Below are positions 9,332 to 19,193 of a stretch of DNA of 64,000 nt, in pieces. Positions within the stretch are counted from its first letter, which is position 1. Each line of letters begins with the position of its first letter. Made by a program: the position numbers and the translations under genes. Below the pieces are notes generated by a model. That model saw nothing but the letters and a program-made list of their open reading frames with translations, searched no databases and had not been told where the DNA came from. This DNA is from Plantactinospora sp. GCM10030261 (GTDB taxonomy: Bacteria; Actinomycetota; Actinomycetes; Mycobacteriales; Micromonosporaceae), in assembly GCF_042666615.1 (NCBI RefSeq), contig NZ_JBHTDD010000005.1, forward strand, positions 80,997 to 144,996. The letters run 5' to 3'.

Positions 9332-10045
9332 TCAGTGCTGGCCGTAGTGCTGCCGCGTCTCGCGGATCGCCTGTTCCGCCGCGGCGCGCTCCTCGGGAGT
9401 GGTCCCCCGTTTCGCGGCCATGCGCGCGCGGAGCAACTCGATCGCGATCGGCACCACCGAAATCGCCACGATCGCGATCAGGATCATTTCGATGTTCGCC
9501 TTGACGAACGGGATCTGGCCGAGGAAGTAACCAAGAACGGTCACGCCGGTGCCCCAGAGGATGCCGCCGATCACGTTGTAGGTGACGAAGGTCCGGTAGC
9601 GCATGCCGCTGACGCCCGCGACGATCGGCGTGAAGGTCCGCACGATCGGTACGAACCGCGCCAGCACGATTGATCGGGCACCGTACTTCTCGAAGAACTC
9701 GTGTGCCTTGATCACGTTCTCCTGCTTGAACAGGCGCGAGTTCGGGCGCCGGAACAACGCCGGCCCCACCTTCTTGCCGAAGGCGTACCCGACCTGGTCA
9801 CCGGCGATCGCCGCGATGGTGATCAGCAGGCAGACCAGCCACAGCGGGTAGGTGATGTATTTCCCGTCCGCGGTGAGCAGCCCTGCGGTGAACAGCAGCG
9901 AGTCGCCCGGCAGGAAGAAGCCGATCAGCAGGCCGGATTCGGCGAAAACGATGGCCAGGATGCCCAGCAGGCCGAATGTCGAGATCAGCCACTCCGGTTC
10001 CAGCCAGTCCGGACCGAGGGCGAGGGTGATGGTGGGCGACGACAA
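9332..10045 (-). CDS. DedA-family (VTT domain) membrane protein
   Basis: 'FLPGDSLLFTAGLL...VLARFVPIVRTFTPIVAGVSGMRYRTF' DedA signature with multiple TM helices. Confidence 0.85.
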   Translation of the reverse strand: MSSPTITLALGPDWLEPEWLISTFGLLGILAIVFAESGLLIGFFLPGDSLLFTAGLLTADGKYITYPLWLVCLLITIAAIAGDQVGYAFGKKVGPALFRRPNSRLFKQENVIKAHEFFEKYGARSIVLARFVPIVRTFTPIVAGVSGMRYRTFVTYNVIGGILWGTGVTVLGYFLGQIPFVKANIEMILIAIVAISVVPIAIELLRARMAAKRGTTPEERAAAEQAIRETRQHYGQH

Positions 10046-10163
10046 GAGGTGACCTCCGAGGCTCTGCCGCTAGTGTCGGATCGGTACCCGCCGACATCGG
10101 CACGCCGGACAGTCTAGGACCGCTTCCGACACCGCGGCGCCCGACGGCCGAAACCGGGCGCGA

Positions 10164-11093
10164 TCATGCCCCTGAGCGGGGATCCGAGTCCGCGACATCG
10201 CCCGCCGCCCGCCGCAGCCGACGACGCTCGACCATGATCATCGTTATGACCAGGGACATGCCCACGATGACGAGCAGTGCCACGATCGGCACGTTGCCGC
10301 CCGGCGCCTGGAGGGCTCGGTCGTCAGTCTGCCAAGGCCACAGGGCACGCAGACTGCCGACAATCACACCGGTCATCACCGCCAGAGTCATCCGCCGGTG
10401 TCGGTCGAGCAGCCACTGCAACGTCTTGACGAAGAGTGCCAGCCCGATGACCATGCCGGCGGCGAAGATCGCCAGGTAGCCGAAGTCCCGGTCGTTGACG
10501 GCGCTGATCGTCGGCTCGTAGAGGCCCAGGGTGAGCAGCAGGAACGATCCGGAAACTCCCGGCAGCGCCAGAGCGCATACCGCCAGGGCGGCGGCGAGCA
10601 ACACGACCACTGGCTTCGGTGTCACCGAAGCCGGGGGCAGGCCGGTCAACACGAAGGCTCCCACCGCGGCGGCGAGCGAAGCGGCAACCTCGCCACCCCG
10701 CCACCGCCTGCCGACCATCGCGATCGGCACCAGGATCGAGGCGAGCACCAGCCCGAAGAACAACCCCCGGGTCTGCTGCGGGTAGTCGTGCAGCATCGGC
10801 TCCAGCAGTCGCGCCGCCAGCAGCAGGCCCGGCACCATGCCGAGGACGAGGGGAATCAGCACCACCCAGTGCGCTTGGCGCAGTTCATGCGTGACCCGCG
10901 TCCAGCCGCGCCCCCGCAGCCCGTCCGAGGCGGTGAACCGAACCGCATTCACCAGGTGACCGGCAGACTCGATGAGCCGCTCGTACACACCGGTGACCAG
11001 GGCGATGGTGCCGCCGCTGATCCCGGGTACGGCTTCGGCCACGCCGATGGCCGTCCCCCGGAAGACATGGCCGATGCGCTCGCCTGCTGCCAT
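10164..11093 (-). CDS. DUF368-family integral membrane protein
   Basis: 'GISRSG-like' motif 'VPGISGGTIALVTG', then a second half-repeat 'LPGVSGSFLLLTLG'; polytopic. Confidence 0.8.
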   Translation of the reverse strand: MAAGERIGHVFRGTAIGVAEAVPGISGGTIALVTGVYERLIESAGHLVNAVRFTASDGLRGRGWTRVTHELRQAHWVVLIPLVLGMVPGLLLAARLLEPMLHDYPQQTRGLFFGLVLASILVPIAMVGRRWRGGEVAASLAAAVGAFVLTGLPPASVTPKPVVVLLAAALAVCALALPGVSGSFLLLTLGLYEPTISAVNDRDFGYLAIFAAGMVIGLALFVKTLQWLLDRHRRMTLAVMTGVIVGSLRALWPWQTDDRALQAPGGNVPIVALLVIVGMSLVITMIMVERRRLRRAAGDVADSDPRSGA

Positions 11094-11295
11094 ACGTAAG
11101 GTCCAATCATTGAGTCGGTCTGGCCCCGCGGACCCGCCGGGCGTCGGCCACGGCCCACCAGGCTACCCGCGGCCGGATCGGCCGCCGCCGAGCCGGCGCG
11201 CGTCCGGCGGGGATCCGCCGCGTCCGAAACCGGCCGACCCGGAGCGGCCCGCTGCCGCCGAACCGGCCGCGTCCGGCGCCCACGGCCACGGCCAG

Positions 11296-13821
11296 TCAGA
11301 GCCGCGGGTCGACCGGCTCCGACTCACAGGCCAGGATCGCGAAGACCAGTTCGTGCCGCCGCCACAGCGGCGCGCCCTCGGTCAGTCCGTCCAGCGCCGC
11401 CAGGCCCAGCCCGTGTTCGCGCAGCGCGAGACCGCGCTTGCGTCCCAGCGACCTGCCACGGAGCGCGGCGAGCTGGTCGGGCCGGTCGTACTCGGGACCG
11501 TAGATGATCCGCAGGTAGTCCCGGCCCCGACACTTGATGCCCGGCTGCACCAACCGGCCATTCCCGTCGGTCGCGGCCAGGCCGGCGTACGGCTTGACCA
11601 CCATGCCCTCGCCGCCGGCCGCGGTCAGCGCCAGCCACCACTCGGTCGCGTCCGTCACCGCACCGGAGTCGGCGAGATCCACCACCCGCCGGTCGGTCCG
11701 GGTGATGAACTCGGGGTCGGCCTCTCGCAGCCGGTCGGCCAGCGCGAGATGCCAACCGTGATCCCGACCGGTGTGTGCCGCCCCCGCGCTGGCCAGCACC
11801 GCGAACGGCGCAAGCGTCACCCCGGTCAGCCCGTCCGTCGGCCGAACGTACGCCCGGTACGCCACGGCATACCGGGCCAGATCGTCGGCGCGTCGGGTCA
11901 TCCGGTCCCGAAGCTCGGCCACCGGCAACCCACGGTCCGCGGCTGCGGACAGGGCGGCCAGCGCGGCCGGCAACGCGGCGCCCCCGGCGGCGGCCACCGG
12001 GGCGTACTGCTCGCGGATCAGTCCGGTCGCCTTGGCCGACCAGGGCAGCAGTTCACAGTCCAGCAGCAGCCAGTCGGTGTTCAACTCGGTCCACAGGCCC
12101 GCGCGGTCGATGGCTGATCGCACCCGGTCCACAAGCGCGGACCCCAGCGGCTCGGCGAACACCGGCCGGCCGGTCCGGGTGTACGCCACGCCACCGCCCG
12201 CGCCGAACCTCGCGTCGGCGGAATCCCGGCACACGAGCAGCACGGCGCGGGAGCCCATGTGCTTCTCCTCGCACACCACCCGATCCACCCCGGCCGCCCG
12301 GTAGTCGGCGAACGCGTCGGCCGGGTGCTCCAGGAAGCCGTCCACGGTCGCCGTCGAACACGGCGCCATCGTCGGCGGCAGCCACACCAGCCGGTGCGGG
12401 TCGACCGCGAACCGGCTCATCACCTCCAGGGCGGCCGCGGCGTTCTCGGCCGGCACGGTCAGCCGGCCGTACCGGTGCTCGACGTGCCGGCGGCCCGTGA
12501 CATCCGCGAGGTCCAGCACGTCCGCCGGGCGCTCGGGCGCCGGCACGACGAGCGGCCGGGCCGGCGGGTAGTACTCCTTCGCGGCCGGCACCGACACCAG
12601 GTCCCGTTCCGGGTAACGCAGGGCGGTCAACGAGCCGCCGAAAACGCAGCCGGTGTCGATGCAGATGGTGTTGTTGACCCACTCGGGTGTCGGCGTCGGG
12701 GTGTGCCCGTAGACCACGGTGGCCGAACCACGATAGTCACGGGCCCACGGGTAGCGGACCGGAAGGCCGTACTCGTCGGTCTCACCGGTCGTCTCGCCGT
12801 ACAACGCGAAGGCCCGGACCCGTCCGGACGCCCGCCCCTGGTATGCCTCCTTCAGCCCGGCGTGGGCCACCACCAGCCGGCCACCGTCCAGCACGTAGTG
12901 GCTGACCAGGCCGTCGATGAACGTCTCCACCCCGGCGACGAACTCCGGTGGCTCGGTCGCCAACTGGGCCAGCGTCTCGGCCAGGCCGTGGGACACCGTG
13001 ACCTTGCGGCCGCGCAGCTTGCGTACCAGCTTCTGCTCGTGGTTGCCCGGCACGCAGAGCGCGGTGCCGGCGGCGACCATGCCCATCACCAGGCGCAGCA
13101 CCCCCGGCGAGTCCGGGCCGCGGTCCACCAGGTCGCCCACGAAGATCGCGGTACGCCCCAGCGGGTGCGTCGCGTTGACCGGCCTGCCGGTGGCGTCCCG
13201 GTGCACCGTCCAGCCCAGCCGTTCTAGCAGCGCCTCCAGTTCGGCCCGGCAGCCGTGCACGTCACCGACGATGTCGAACGGGCCGGTCAGCTCCTTGCGG
13301 TCGTTGAACAGCCGCTCGTAGTGGATCTCGGTCGCGTCGATCTCGGCGGGGCCGCGCAGCACGTGCACCTTGCGGAAGCCCTCACGGGCCAGCCCGGACA
13401 GCGACCGGCGCAGGTCGCGGTGCATCCGGTGCAGAACCTGCCGGCCGAACGGACGGTCGGCGCGGGCCTCGGTCCGCTCCCAGCACAGCGGCTCGGGCAC
13501 GTCCAGCACGACCGCGACCGGCAGCACGTCGTGCTCCCGGGCCACCGCGACCAGGCCGGCCCGGGCGTGCGACTGGAGATTCGTCGCGTCGACCACCGTC
13601 AGCCGGCCGGCCCGCAGCCGCTTGCCGGCGACGTAGTGCAGCACGTCGAAGGCGTCGGCGGAGGCCGACTGGTCGTTCTCGTCGTCGGCGACCATCGCCC
13701 GGAACGCGTCCGAGGAGAGCACCTGGCTGGGCCGGAAGTGCCGCCGGGCGAATGTGGACTTACCCGACCCGGAGATGCCGACGAGGGCCACCAGCGCCAG
13801 CTCCGGAATGTCGATCCGCAT
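11296..13821 (-). CDS. pnkp: Polynucleotide kinase-phosphatase-ligase (bacterial Pnkp, RNA repair)
   Basis: N-terminal P-loop kinase 'GISGSGKSTF'; central calcineurin-like phosphoesterase motifs 'GDLVDRGPDS' and 'GNHE'; C-terminal adenylyltransferase-type ligase domain with 'EEKHMGSR'. 841 aa, the same tri-domain order as Clostridium thermocellum Pnkp. RBS 'AAGGGGG' before the ATG. Confidence 0.85.
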   Translation of the reverse strand: MRIDIPELALVALVGISGSGKSTFARRHFRPSQVLSSDAFRAMVADDENDQSASADAFDVLHYVAGKRLRAGRLTVVDATNLQSHARAGLVAVAREHDVLPVAVVLDVPEPLCWERTEARADRPFGRQVLHRMHRDLRRSLSGLAREGFRKVHVLRGPAEIDATEIHYERLFNDRKELTGPFDIVGDVHGCRAELEALLERLGWTVHRDATGRPVNATHPLGRTAIFVGDLVDRGPDSPGVLRLVMGMVAAGTALCVPGNHEQKLVRKLRGRKVTVSHGLAETLAQLATEPPEFVAGVETFIDGLVSHYVLDGGRLVVAHAGLKEAYQGRASGRVRAFALYGETTGETDEYGLPVRYPWARDYRGSATVVYGHTPTPTPEWVNNTICIDTGCVFGGSLTALRYPERDLVSVPAAKEYYPPARPLVVPAPERPADVLDLADVTGRRHVEHRYGRLTVPAENAAAALEVMSRFAVDPHRLVWLPPTMAPCSTATVDGFLEHPADAFADYRAAGVDRVVCEEKHMGSRAVLLVCRDSADARFGAGGGVAYTRTGRPVFAEPLGSALVDRVRSAIDRAGLWTELNTDWLLLDCELLPWSAKATGLIREQYAPVAAAGGAALPAALAALSAAADRGLPVAELRDRMTRRADDLARYAVAYRAYVRPTDGLTGVTLAPFAVLASAGAAHTGRDHGWHLALADRLREADPEFITRTDRRVVDLADSGAVTDATEWWLALTAAGGEGMVVKPYAGLAATDGNGRLVQPGIKCRGRDYLRIIYGPEYDRPDQLAALRGRSLGRKRGLALREHGLGLAALDGLTEGAPLWRRHELVFAILACESEPVDPRL

Positions 13822-13879
13822 TATGAGCCCCCTTTCGTTCGCGACTGCGGGGCTCGCAAACCCGGCTCACTCCTCGCGC

Positions 13880-15352
13880 TCACGGTGAGCCCCCTTCCCG
13901 GATGAACGTGGCGAGCTGGGTGGAGCAGCCGACCTCGGGATCCTCGTCGCCGACACCGGACCGGGTTACCCGGTAGCCGTGTGCGTCGGCCACCCGGTCG
14001 GTCCACGCCGCGAACTCGGCGCGGGTCCACTCGAACCGGTGATCCGAGTGGCGCAGCCGCCCCGCGGGCAGACCCTCGTACCGGACGTTGTACTCCACGT
14101 TGGGGGTCGTCACGATCACCGTTCCCGGTCGGGCGTGACCGAAGACCGCGTCCTCCAGCGCCGGTAGCCGCTCCGCGTCCAGGTGTTCCACCACCTCCAT
14201 GAGCACCGCGGCGTCGTACCCCCGGAGGCGGTCGTCGCGGTAGGTGAGCGCCGACTGCCACAGCTTGATCCGGTCCCGCTGGCGCTGCGGCAACCGGTCC
14301 AGGCGAAGCCGGCGCTCGGCCATGGCGAGCGCGCCGACGGACACGTCGGTGCCGACGATCTCGGTGTGCCGCCGCTCGGCGACCAGGTCGACCAGCAGCG
14401 CGCCGCCGCCGCAGCCCAGATCCAGCACGCGGCTCGCCCCGACCCGGGCCAACTCGGCGAGTACGGCTCGCCGGCGGTGCACCGCGAGCGGCTGCCGGCG
14501 CACCGCCTCCGGCAGTTGAGCGTCCTCGTCGCCCGGTCGCTCTCCGGCAGCCGGATCCGGGTCGACGGAGTCCGGATCGGCCGCGTCGTCGGCTAGCCGC
14601 AGCTCGGCCAGCCGGCGCTCGTCGAGCTGGGCCAGCGCCCTCCCGGCGAGGGCCCGGCGGTGCACCAGGTATCGCCGGGCGATCAGGCCACGCTGTGGAT
14701 GGCTGGCCAGCCATCCCTCACCGGCCCGCAACAGCTTGTCGATCTCGTCGGGGGCCACCCAGTAGTGCTTCGCGTCGTCAAGCACCGGCAGCAGCACGTA
14801 CACCTGATTGAGGGCGTCGGCGAGCCGGATGACGCCGCGCAGGGTCAGGTCGACGTACCGGCTGTCCCCCCAGTCCGGTCGCCGCTCGTCGAGGGGGACC
14901 GGCGTCGCGGTCACCGTCCAGCCGAGCGGTCCGAACAGCGACTCGGCCAGGGCCGAGCCACCGCGGCAGCGCAGCGCGGGAACCTGGATCTCCAGGGGGA
15001 TGGTCGCCGCGACCAGCTCCGGCCGGTCCCTGGACGCGCCGCGCAGCGCCGATCGGAACACCTTGGACAGCGCGGAGGCGAGCAGGCTGGAGGCCGCGTA
15101 CGGGCGGTCGTTGACGTACCGGCCGAGGGTGAAGTCGGCCGGGGTGGTCCGCCGGTTACGGCCGCCGGCCAGCCGTCGCGGGTCCACGTCGAGCAGCAGG
15201 GCGGCCGTGCAGCGGTCCGCCGCCGCCTCCGGGTAGAAGACGTGCGCGGTGCCGGTCGGCACGTCGAACGTGTGCACCCGGTCGGGGTGCTTCACCAGCA
15301 GGTAGCCAAGGTCGGTGGCCGGCCGGTGGGTGGTGGTGACGGTGAGCAGCAC
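13880..15352 (-). CDS. hen1: 3'-terminal RNA ribose 2'-O-methyltransferase Hen1 (bacterial)
   Basis: N-terminal 'LLTVTTTHRPATDLGYLLVKHP' is the bacterial Hen1 N-domain; the C-terminal SAM-MTase carries 'VLDLGCGGGALL' and 'AVLMEVVEHL'. The gene lies directly upstream of pnkp. The ORF extends to 15409 (TTG), but the GTG at 15352 is the more plausible start. Confidence 0.8.
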   Translation of the reverse strand: MLLTVTTTHRPATDLGYLLVKHPDRVHTFDVPTGTAHVFYPEAAADRCTAALLLDVDPRRLAGGRNRRTTPADFTLGRYVNDRPYAASSLLASALSKVFRSALRGASRDRPELVAATIPLEIQVPALRCRGGSALAESLFGPLGWTVTATPVPLDERRPDWGDSRYVDLTLRGVIRLADALNQVYVLLPVLDDAKHYWVAPDEIDKLLRAGEGWLASHPQRGLIARRYLVHRRALAGRALAQLDERRLAELRLADDAADPDSVDPDPAAGERPGDEDAQLPEAVRRQPLAVHRRRAVLAELARVGASRVLDLGCGGGALLVDLVAERRHTEIVGTDVSVGALAMAERRLRLDRLPQRQRDRIKLWQSALTYRDDRLRGYDAAVLMEVVEHLDAERLPALEDAVFGHARPGTVIVTTPNVEYNVRYEGLPAGRLRHSDHRFEWTRAEFAAWTDRVADAHGYRVTRSGVGDEDPEVGCSTQLATFIREGGSP

Positions 15353-15479
15353 CTGATCATGATGGCAGCAACCGCGGGTCCCGCGCCGCCCGGTTTGGCC
15401 GGACGACAACGCCGGAGGGGCCCCTTATCGACGCATAGCGATGATAAGAGGCCCCTCCGGGCGATCCATCCGCCGTGGA

Positions 15480-17042
15480 TCAGGCCACGAACCGGGTACG
15501 CCGACGGCGGGCCAGCACGAATCCGGCGGCCCCGGCGGCGAGCAGCACAACGCCCACCCCCACGACGACGCCGGTGGACGAGCCGGTGATGGGCAGGGTG
15601 CCGCCCCCACCCGAACCGCCGTCGTCGGTCGGGTTCACCAGGAGTTGGGCGACGTCGTTGGTCCGGTTCGGGTCCCCGTCGAACCGCCCGTCACAGTCGC
15701 ACCTGGCGTTGGCCCTGACCTGGCCGGTCGCGTCGGGCACGACGGTGTCGATCCGCAGCTTGAAGTCGATCGTCTCGACCTGACCCACCCCCAGGTACGG
15801 ACCGGAGCCGCAGAAGTAGGTGGGGACGCTCGGCTTACCGGCCAGGTCCCAGGCGCTGTCACCCGGCCTCAGCAGGTAGCAGTTCTCCGGCGCCGCCGTC
15901 ACGGAGGTACCGGCCGGCACGCTGACCGTGTAGTAGGTGGCCGGCAGGGCGGCGTCCAGGGCAGCGGGACCGTTGTTGCCGACGCCGACCTTCGCGGTGA
16001 CCACGTCACCCGCCTTGCCGGTCACGGCGGTCCCGATGGCGTACAGGTCGGCGGGGTTCTTCCCGGTCACCGTGACCATCATGTATCCCCAGTTGTTGTA
16101 CGGCTCGGTGTCCGCCTGGAACGAGGCCCGGGCGCGGGCGGCGGCCAACGTCAGCGTCCCGCCGGTGCCCGGCTTGCCGAAAGTGTAGCCCCGGCTCCTG
16201 GAGTAAGCCTCGTAGTCCTCGAACTCCGCAAGCGTGAACAGGCCATGCTGCCCGTAGACCTCACCCGGCGCGAGGGTGTCCGCCCGCAGCCGGTAGGGCA
16301 GTGCGGCGCTGTACGCGGCACCCGGTGCCAACTCCTGGTCGAAGCGGCAGGAGCGCAGCACGTTGTCCTCGTAGGTGCAGTTGCTGTACTGCTGACCGGC
16401 CTCGACGGCGTGTTCGGCGTGGAAGACGACGACCAGACCCTGCACGGTGGTGGTGCCGGCGTTTACCACGTTGACCGGAGACGTGAACGCCTTCCCAGGC
16501 GTCGCGCTCGACTCGTACCACTCGGCTTCGTCCCCGGTCTGACCGGTGGAGAGGTCGACGCCCTCGCCGACGCGGACCTTCGCCCGGTGACTGACCGTCG
16601 CGTAGCCCGCGGAGCCGAAGGTCACGGTGATGGTGCCGGTGTCGCCGTCCTTCGCCGTGTCCTTCGGCGTGATGAACAGCGGCGCGAGCCCGATGGCCCC
16701 CCACTCGTCCAGGTTGGTCGGATCGTCGATGGAGCAGCGGATGATCTTCCCTGTCGTGGTGCAATCCCCGGAGTCGTCGGCCTTAGCGCTGACCGTCGAC
16801 GGCAAGTCGCCGAGGTCGTACGTCACAGTGATTCCGTTCAGCACGACCGGCTTCGAGGCCGACAGGATCGGAAACTCGATCCTGCCCTCCGACTTCTCGG
16901 CGATGGTCGTGTCCCGCAGGTAGACGCCGAGCTTGGCGTCGTCGTCCGCCAGGGCGGGCGAAGCGGTGGCGGCGACGAGTGCGCCGACGGCACCGACCAC
17001 GCCAAGTCCGGCGAGCAGCCGCCGGACAGGCTTGATCCGCAT
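15480..17042 (-). CDS. Secreted cell-wall-anchored surface protein (LPXTG-type sorting signal)
   Basis: Signal peptide 'AVGALVAATASPALA/DD'. The C-terminus has 'LPITG', then a hydrophobic stretch and 'RRRRTRF'. The body looks like a beta-rich adhesin. Confidence 0.75.
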   Translation of the reverse strand: MRIKPVRRLLAGLGVVGAVGALVAATASPALADDDAKLGVYLRDTTIAEKSEGRIEFPILSASKPVVLNGITVTYDLGDLPSTVSAKADDSGDCTTTGKIIRCSIDDPTNLDEWGAIGLAPLFITPKDTAKDGDTGTITVTFGSAGYATVSHRAKVRVGEGVDLSTGQTGDEAEWYESSATPGKAFTSPVNVVNAGTTTVQGLVVVFHAEHAVEAGQQYSNCTYEDNVLRSCRFDQELAPGAAYSAALPYRLRADTLAPGEVYGQHGLFTLAEFEDYEAYSRSRGYTFGKPGTGGTLTLAAARARASFQADTEPYNNWGYMMVTVTGKNPADLYAIGTAVTGKAGDVVTAKVGVGNNGPAALDAALPATYYTVSVPAGTSVTAAPENCYLLRPGDSAWDLAGKPSVPTYFCGSGPYLGVGQVETIDFKLRIDTVVPDATGQVRANARCDCDGRFDGDPNRTNDVAQLLVNPTDDGGSGGGGTLPITGSSTGVVVGVGVVLLAAGAAGFVLARRRRTRFVA

Positions 17043-17239
17043 GAGGTCCTCCCCGTGAAAGTGGTACAGCCAGCGGAGCCTAAGCGGTCATTGATCAGCG
17101 GATGTTCCCCCAGAGGTCGGATCGGTCACGAAGGGCCGGTCCGGTGCTGGGATCCACCCGAACGGATGATCGGGTAGAACGACGCAGTGATTCGGCGGTC
17201 CCGATCCGTCAACACCATCGTGGACCGGCGGAGGTGTCG

Positions 17240-17722
17240 ATGACGTACGAGGAGTTCGCCGACGCGCGACTCGGCGCGCTGGTGCGGTATGCCGTGCTGC
17301 TGACCGGCGATCCGCACCTCGCGGAGGATCTGGTGCAGGAAACCATGGTGCGGGTCCAGCTGAACTGGCGTCGGGTGCGCCGTGCGGACTCGCCCGAGCG
17401 GTACGTCCGACGGATGTTGACCAATCAGTACATCGACTGGCGTCGCGGCTCGTGGTTCCGCCGGGTGTTGCTGCGCGGCGAATCGGACGACCGGCCCGCG
17501 CCGGCCATCGACCACGCGCAGGCCACCGCCGACCGGGACGATGTCTGGTCCCGCCTGGCCACGCTTCCGCGCCGCCAGCGCGCCGCCCTCGTCCTGCGGT
17601 TCTACGAGGACCTGCCGGACGGCGAGATCGCCGAGGTGCTCGGCTGCGCCGTCGGCACCGTCCGGTCCGCCATCTCCCGGGCCCTGGCCACCCTTCGCGC
17701 CGAACTGGTGGAGACACGATGA
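17240..17722 (+). CDS. ECF sigma factor (sigma-70 group 4, SigE-type)
   Basis: Sigma-2 region 'DLVQETMVRV', sigma-4 'LPRRQRAALVLRFYEDLPDGEIAEVLGCAVGTVRSAISRAL'; RBS GGAGG before ATG 17240. Confidence 0.85.
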   Translation: MTYEEFADARLGALVRYAVLLTGDPHLAEDLVQETMVRVQLNWRRVRRADSPERYVRRMLTNQYIDWRRGSWFRRVLLRGESDDRPAPAIDHAQATADRDDVWSRLATLPRRQRAALVLRFYEDLPDGEIAEVLGCAVGTVRSAISRALATLRAELVETR

Positions 17723-18774
17723 TCGAGGACGAGATCCGGGCGGCGTTCGCCCGGCACGTACACCTGGCACCACCGACCGGTCCGCTGCGGTCGGCCATCG
17801 ACCGGCTGGCCCGGCGGCGTCGCCGGCGCCGGCTCGCCGTTGCCTCGACCGGCACGGTGCTGGCTGTGCTGGCCGCCGTGGCGCTACCGGTGCTGGGTCG
17901 GGACGTGGCGGTCGGGCCGCCACCGATCCCCGGCGCGTCGCCAGCGGTCCCCGCGGGACCGACAAACCTCCTGCTGCTCGGTCTCGATGACCACGGTGCC
18001 GGGGCCGGCCATCGGACCGACCTGGTGCTGCTGGCCCATATACCGGCCGACCGCGGCCGGGTGTTCCTGATCGCGCTGCCCCGCGACCTCGTGGTCGAGA
18101 TCCCTGGCCGGGGGACCGACCGGCTCAACGCGGCGTTCATGATGGGCAGCGCGCGACCCGGGGGCCGACCTGACCTGACCGCCGGGGCCCGGCTCACCGC
18201 ACGCACCGTGGCCGACCTCACCGGCGTCGCGCCCACCGGCACGGTGGTCGTCACCTATCAGGGGCTGCAAGCCGTCACCGACGCCGCCGGCGGGGTCCGG
18301 ATGTGCCTCCCCCAGCGGACGCCCTCGACACACACCGGGCGGGTGTTCCCGGCCGGCTGCCAGCGGTTGGACGGCGCGGCCGTCCGGGACCTGCTGCGCC
18401 AGCGGTACGGGTTGCGTGAGGGCGCCTTCGACCGGGACCGGAACGCGCAGCGGTTCCTCGCCGCGCTGGCGGATCAGGTGCGAGAATCCGGAACGAATCC
18501 CGCCCGGCTGTCCGCCCTGCTGCGGGCGGCCGAGAGGGGAATCGTGGCCGACCGCGTGGCGCTCACCGACCTGCTGCCGCTGCTTCCGCAACTCGCCAAC
18601 GCCGAGGTCACCGGCATCGGCTGGTCGCTGGACGAGTCCTGGGATACGCGTGCCACGCCCTCCGGCGTCAGCCTCGATCCGGAATCCAGCCGGTCCCTGT
18701 TCGACGCGTTGCGCCGGGACGACCTGACCCACTGGGTCCGGACGCATCCGGACCAGGTCACCGACCTGGGCTAG
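17719..18774 (+). CDS. LytR-CpsA-Psr (LCP) family protein with N-terminal anti-sigma-like cytoplasmic/TM segment
   Basis: ATGA overlap with the sigma gene; one TM ('VLAVLAAVALPVL'); LCP core 'LLLLGLDDHG...RTDLVLLAHIPADRGRVFLIALPRDL'. Confidence 0.75.
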   Translation: MIEDEIRAAFARHVHLAPPTGPLRSAIDRLARRRRRRRLAVASTGTVLAVLAAVALPVLGRDVAVGPPPIPGASPAVPAGPTNLLLLGLDDHGAGAGHRTDLVLLAHIPADRGRVFLIALPRDLVVEIPGRGTDRLNAAFMMGSARPGGRPDLTAGARLTARTVADLTGVAPTGTVVVTYQGLQAVTDAAGGVRMCLPQRTPSTHTGRVFPAGCQRLDGAAVRDLLRQRYGLREGAFDRDRNAQRFLAALADQVRESGTNPARLSALLRAAERGIVADRVALTDLLPLLPQLANAEVTGIGWSLDESWDTRATPSGVSLDPESSRSLFDALRRDDLTHWVRTHPDQVTDLG

Positions 18775-18819
18775 GTCCTGGCTCGCCCGTCGGATCCGCC
18801 AGCTGAACTGAGGGGCCGC

Positions 18820-19035
18820 TCAGCGGTCGTAATCGTCGTCGTCCGGCCCGATGATGCGGGCCTGCTCCATCGCGTCCCAGTCGTCGACCTCCAGGCCGCG
18901 GCGCACGTCGGTCTCCTCGACGTACGGGTCGGCGGCCGTCGCCTGCTCCACCGCGTCGCTCTCCGGAGCCTCCGGGTCGCGCTCGTCGTGGGCGAGGTGG
19001 TCGCCTGGCGTGAAGTCCTCGTCGGGCTGGGTCAT
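18820..19035 (-). CDS. Small highly acidic hypothetical protein
   Basis: RBS 'AGGAGG' before the ATG (MTQPDEDFTPGDH...DDDDYDR); 71 aa, pI strongly acidic. Confidence 0.5.
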   Translation of the reverse strand: MTQPDEDFTPGDHLAHDERDPEAPESDAVEQATAADPYVEETDVRRGLEVDDWDAMEQARIIGPDDDDYDR

Positions 19036-19193
19036 CCCGCCTCCTAACCTCCGATCCGGCCTGCCACTACCACCGTACGGGCTGGCGTACCTGCCCGCCG
19101 ACCGACTCTCCTGCCCAGTCGGCACCTGTCGAAACCGCTGATGTTCCGCGATTTGGCCGGTCAGGGTTGGTATCGAGATGCCAAGATGGCAGC

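Noticed and set aside
17043-17239. ECF-type promoter upstream of the first ECF sigma (GAAC...CGTC motifs)
   Set aside because: Several GAAC and CGTC-like elements are present, but none has the 16-17 nt spacing, so I could not call a site confidently.
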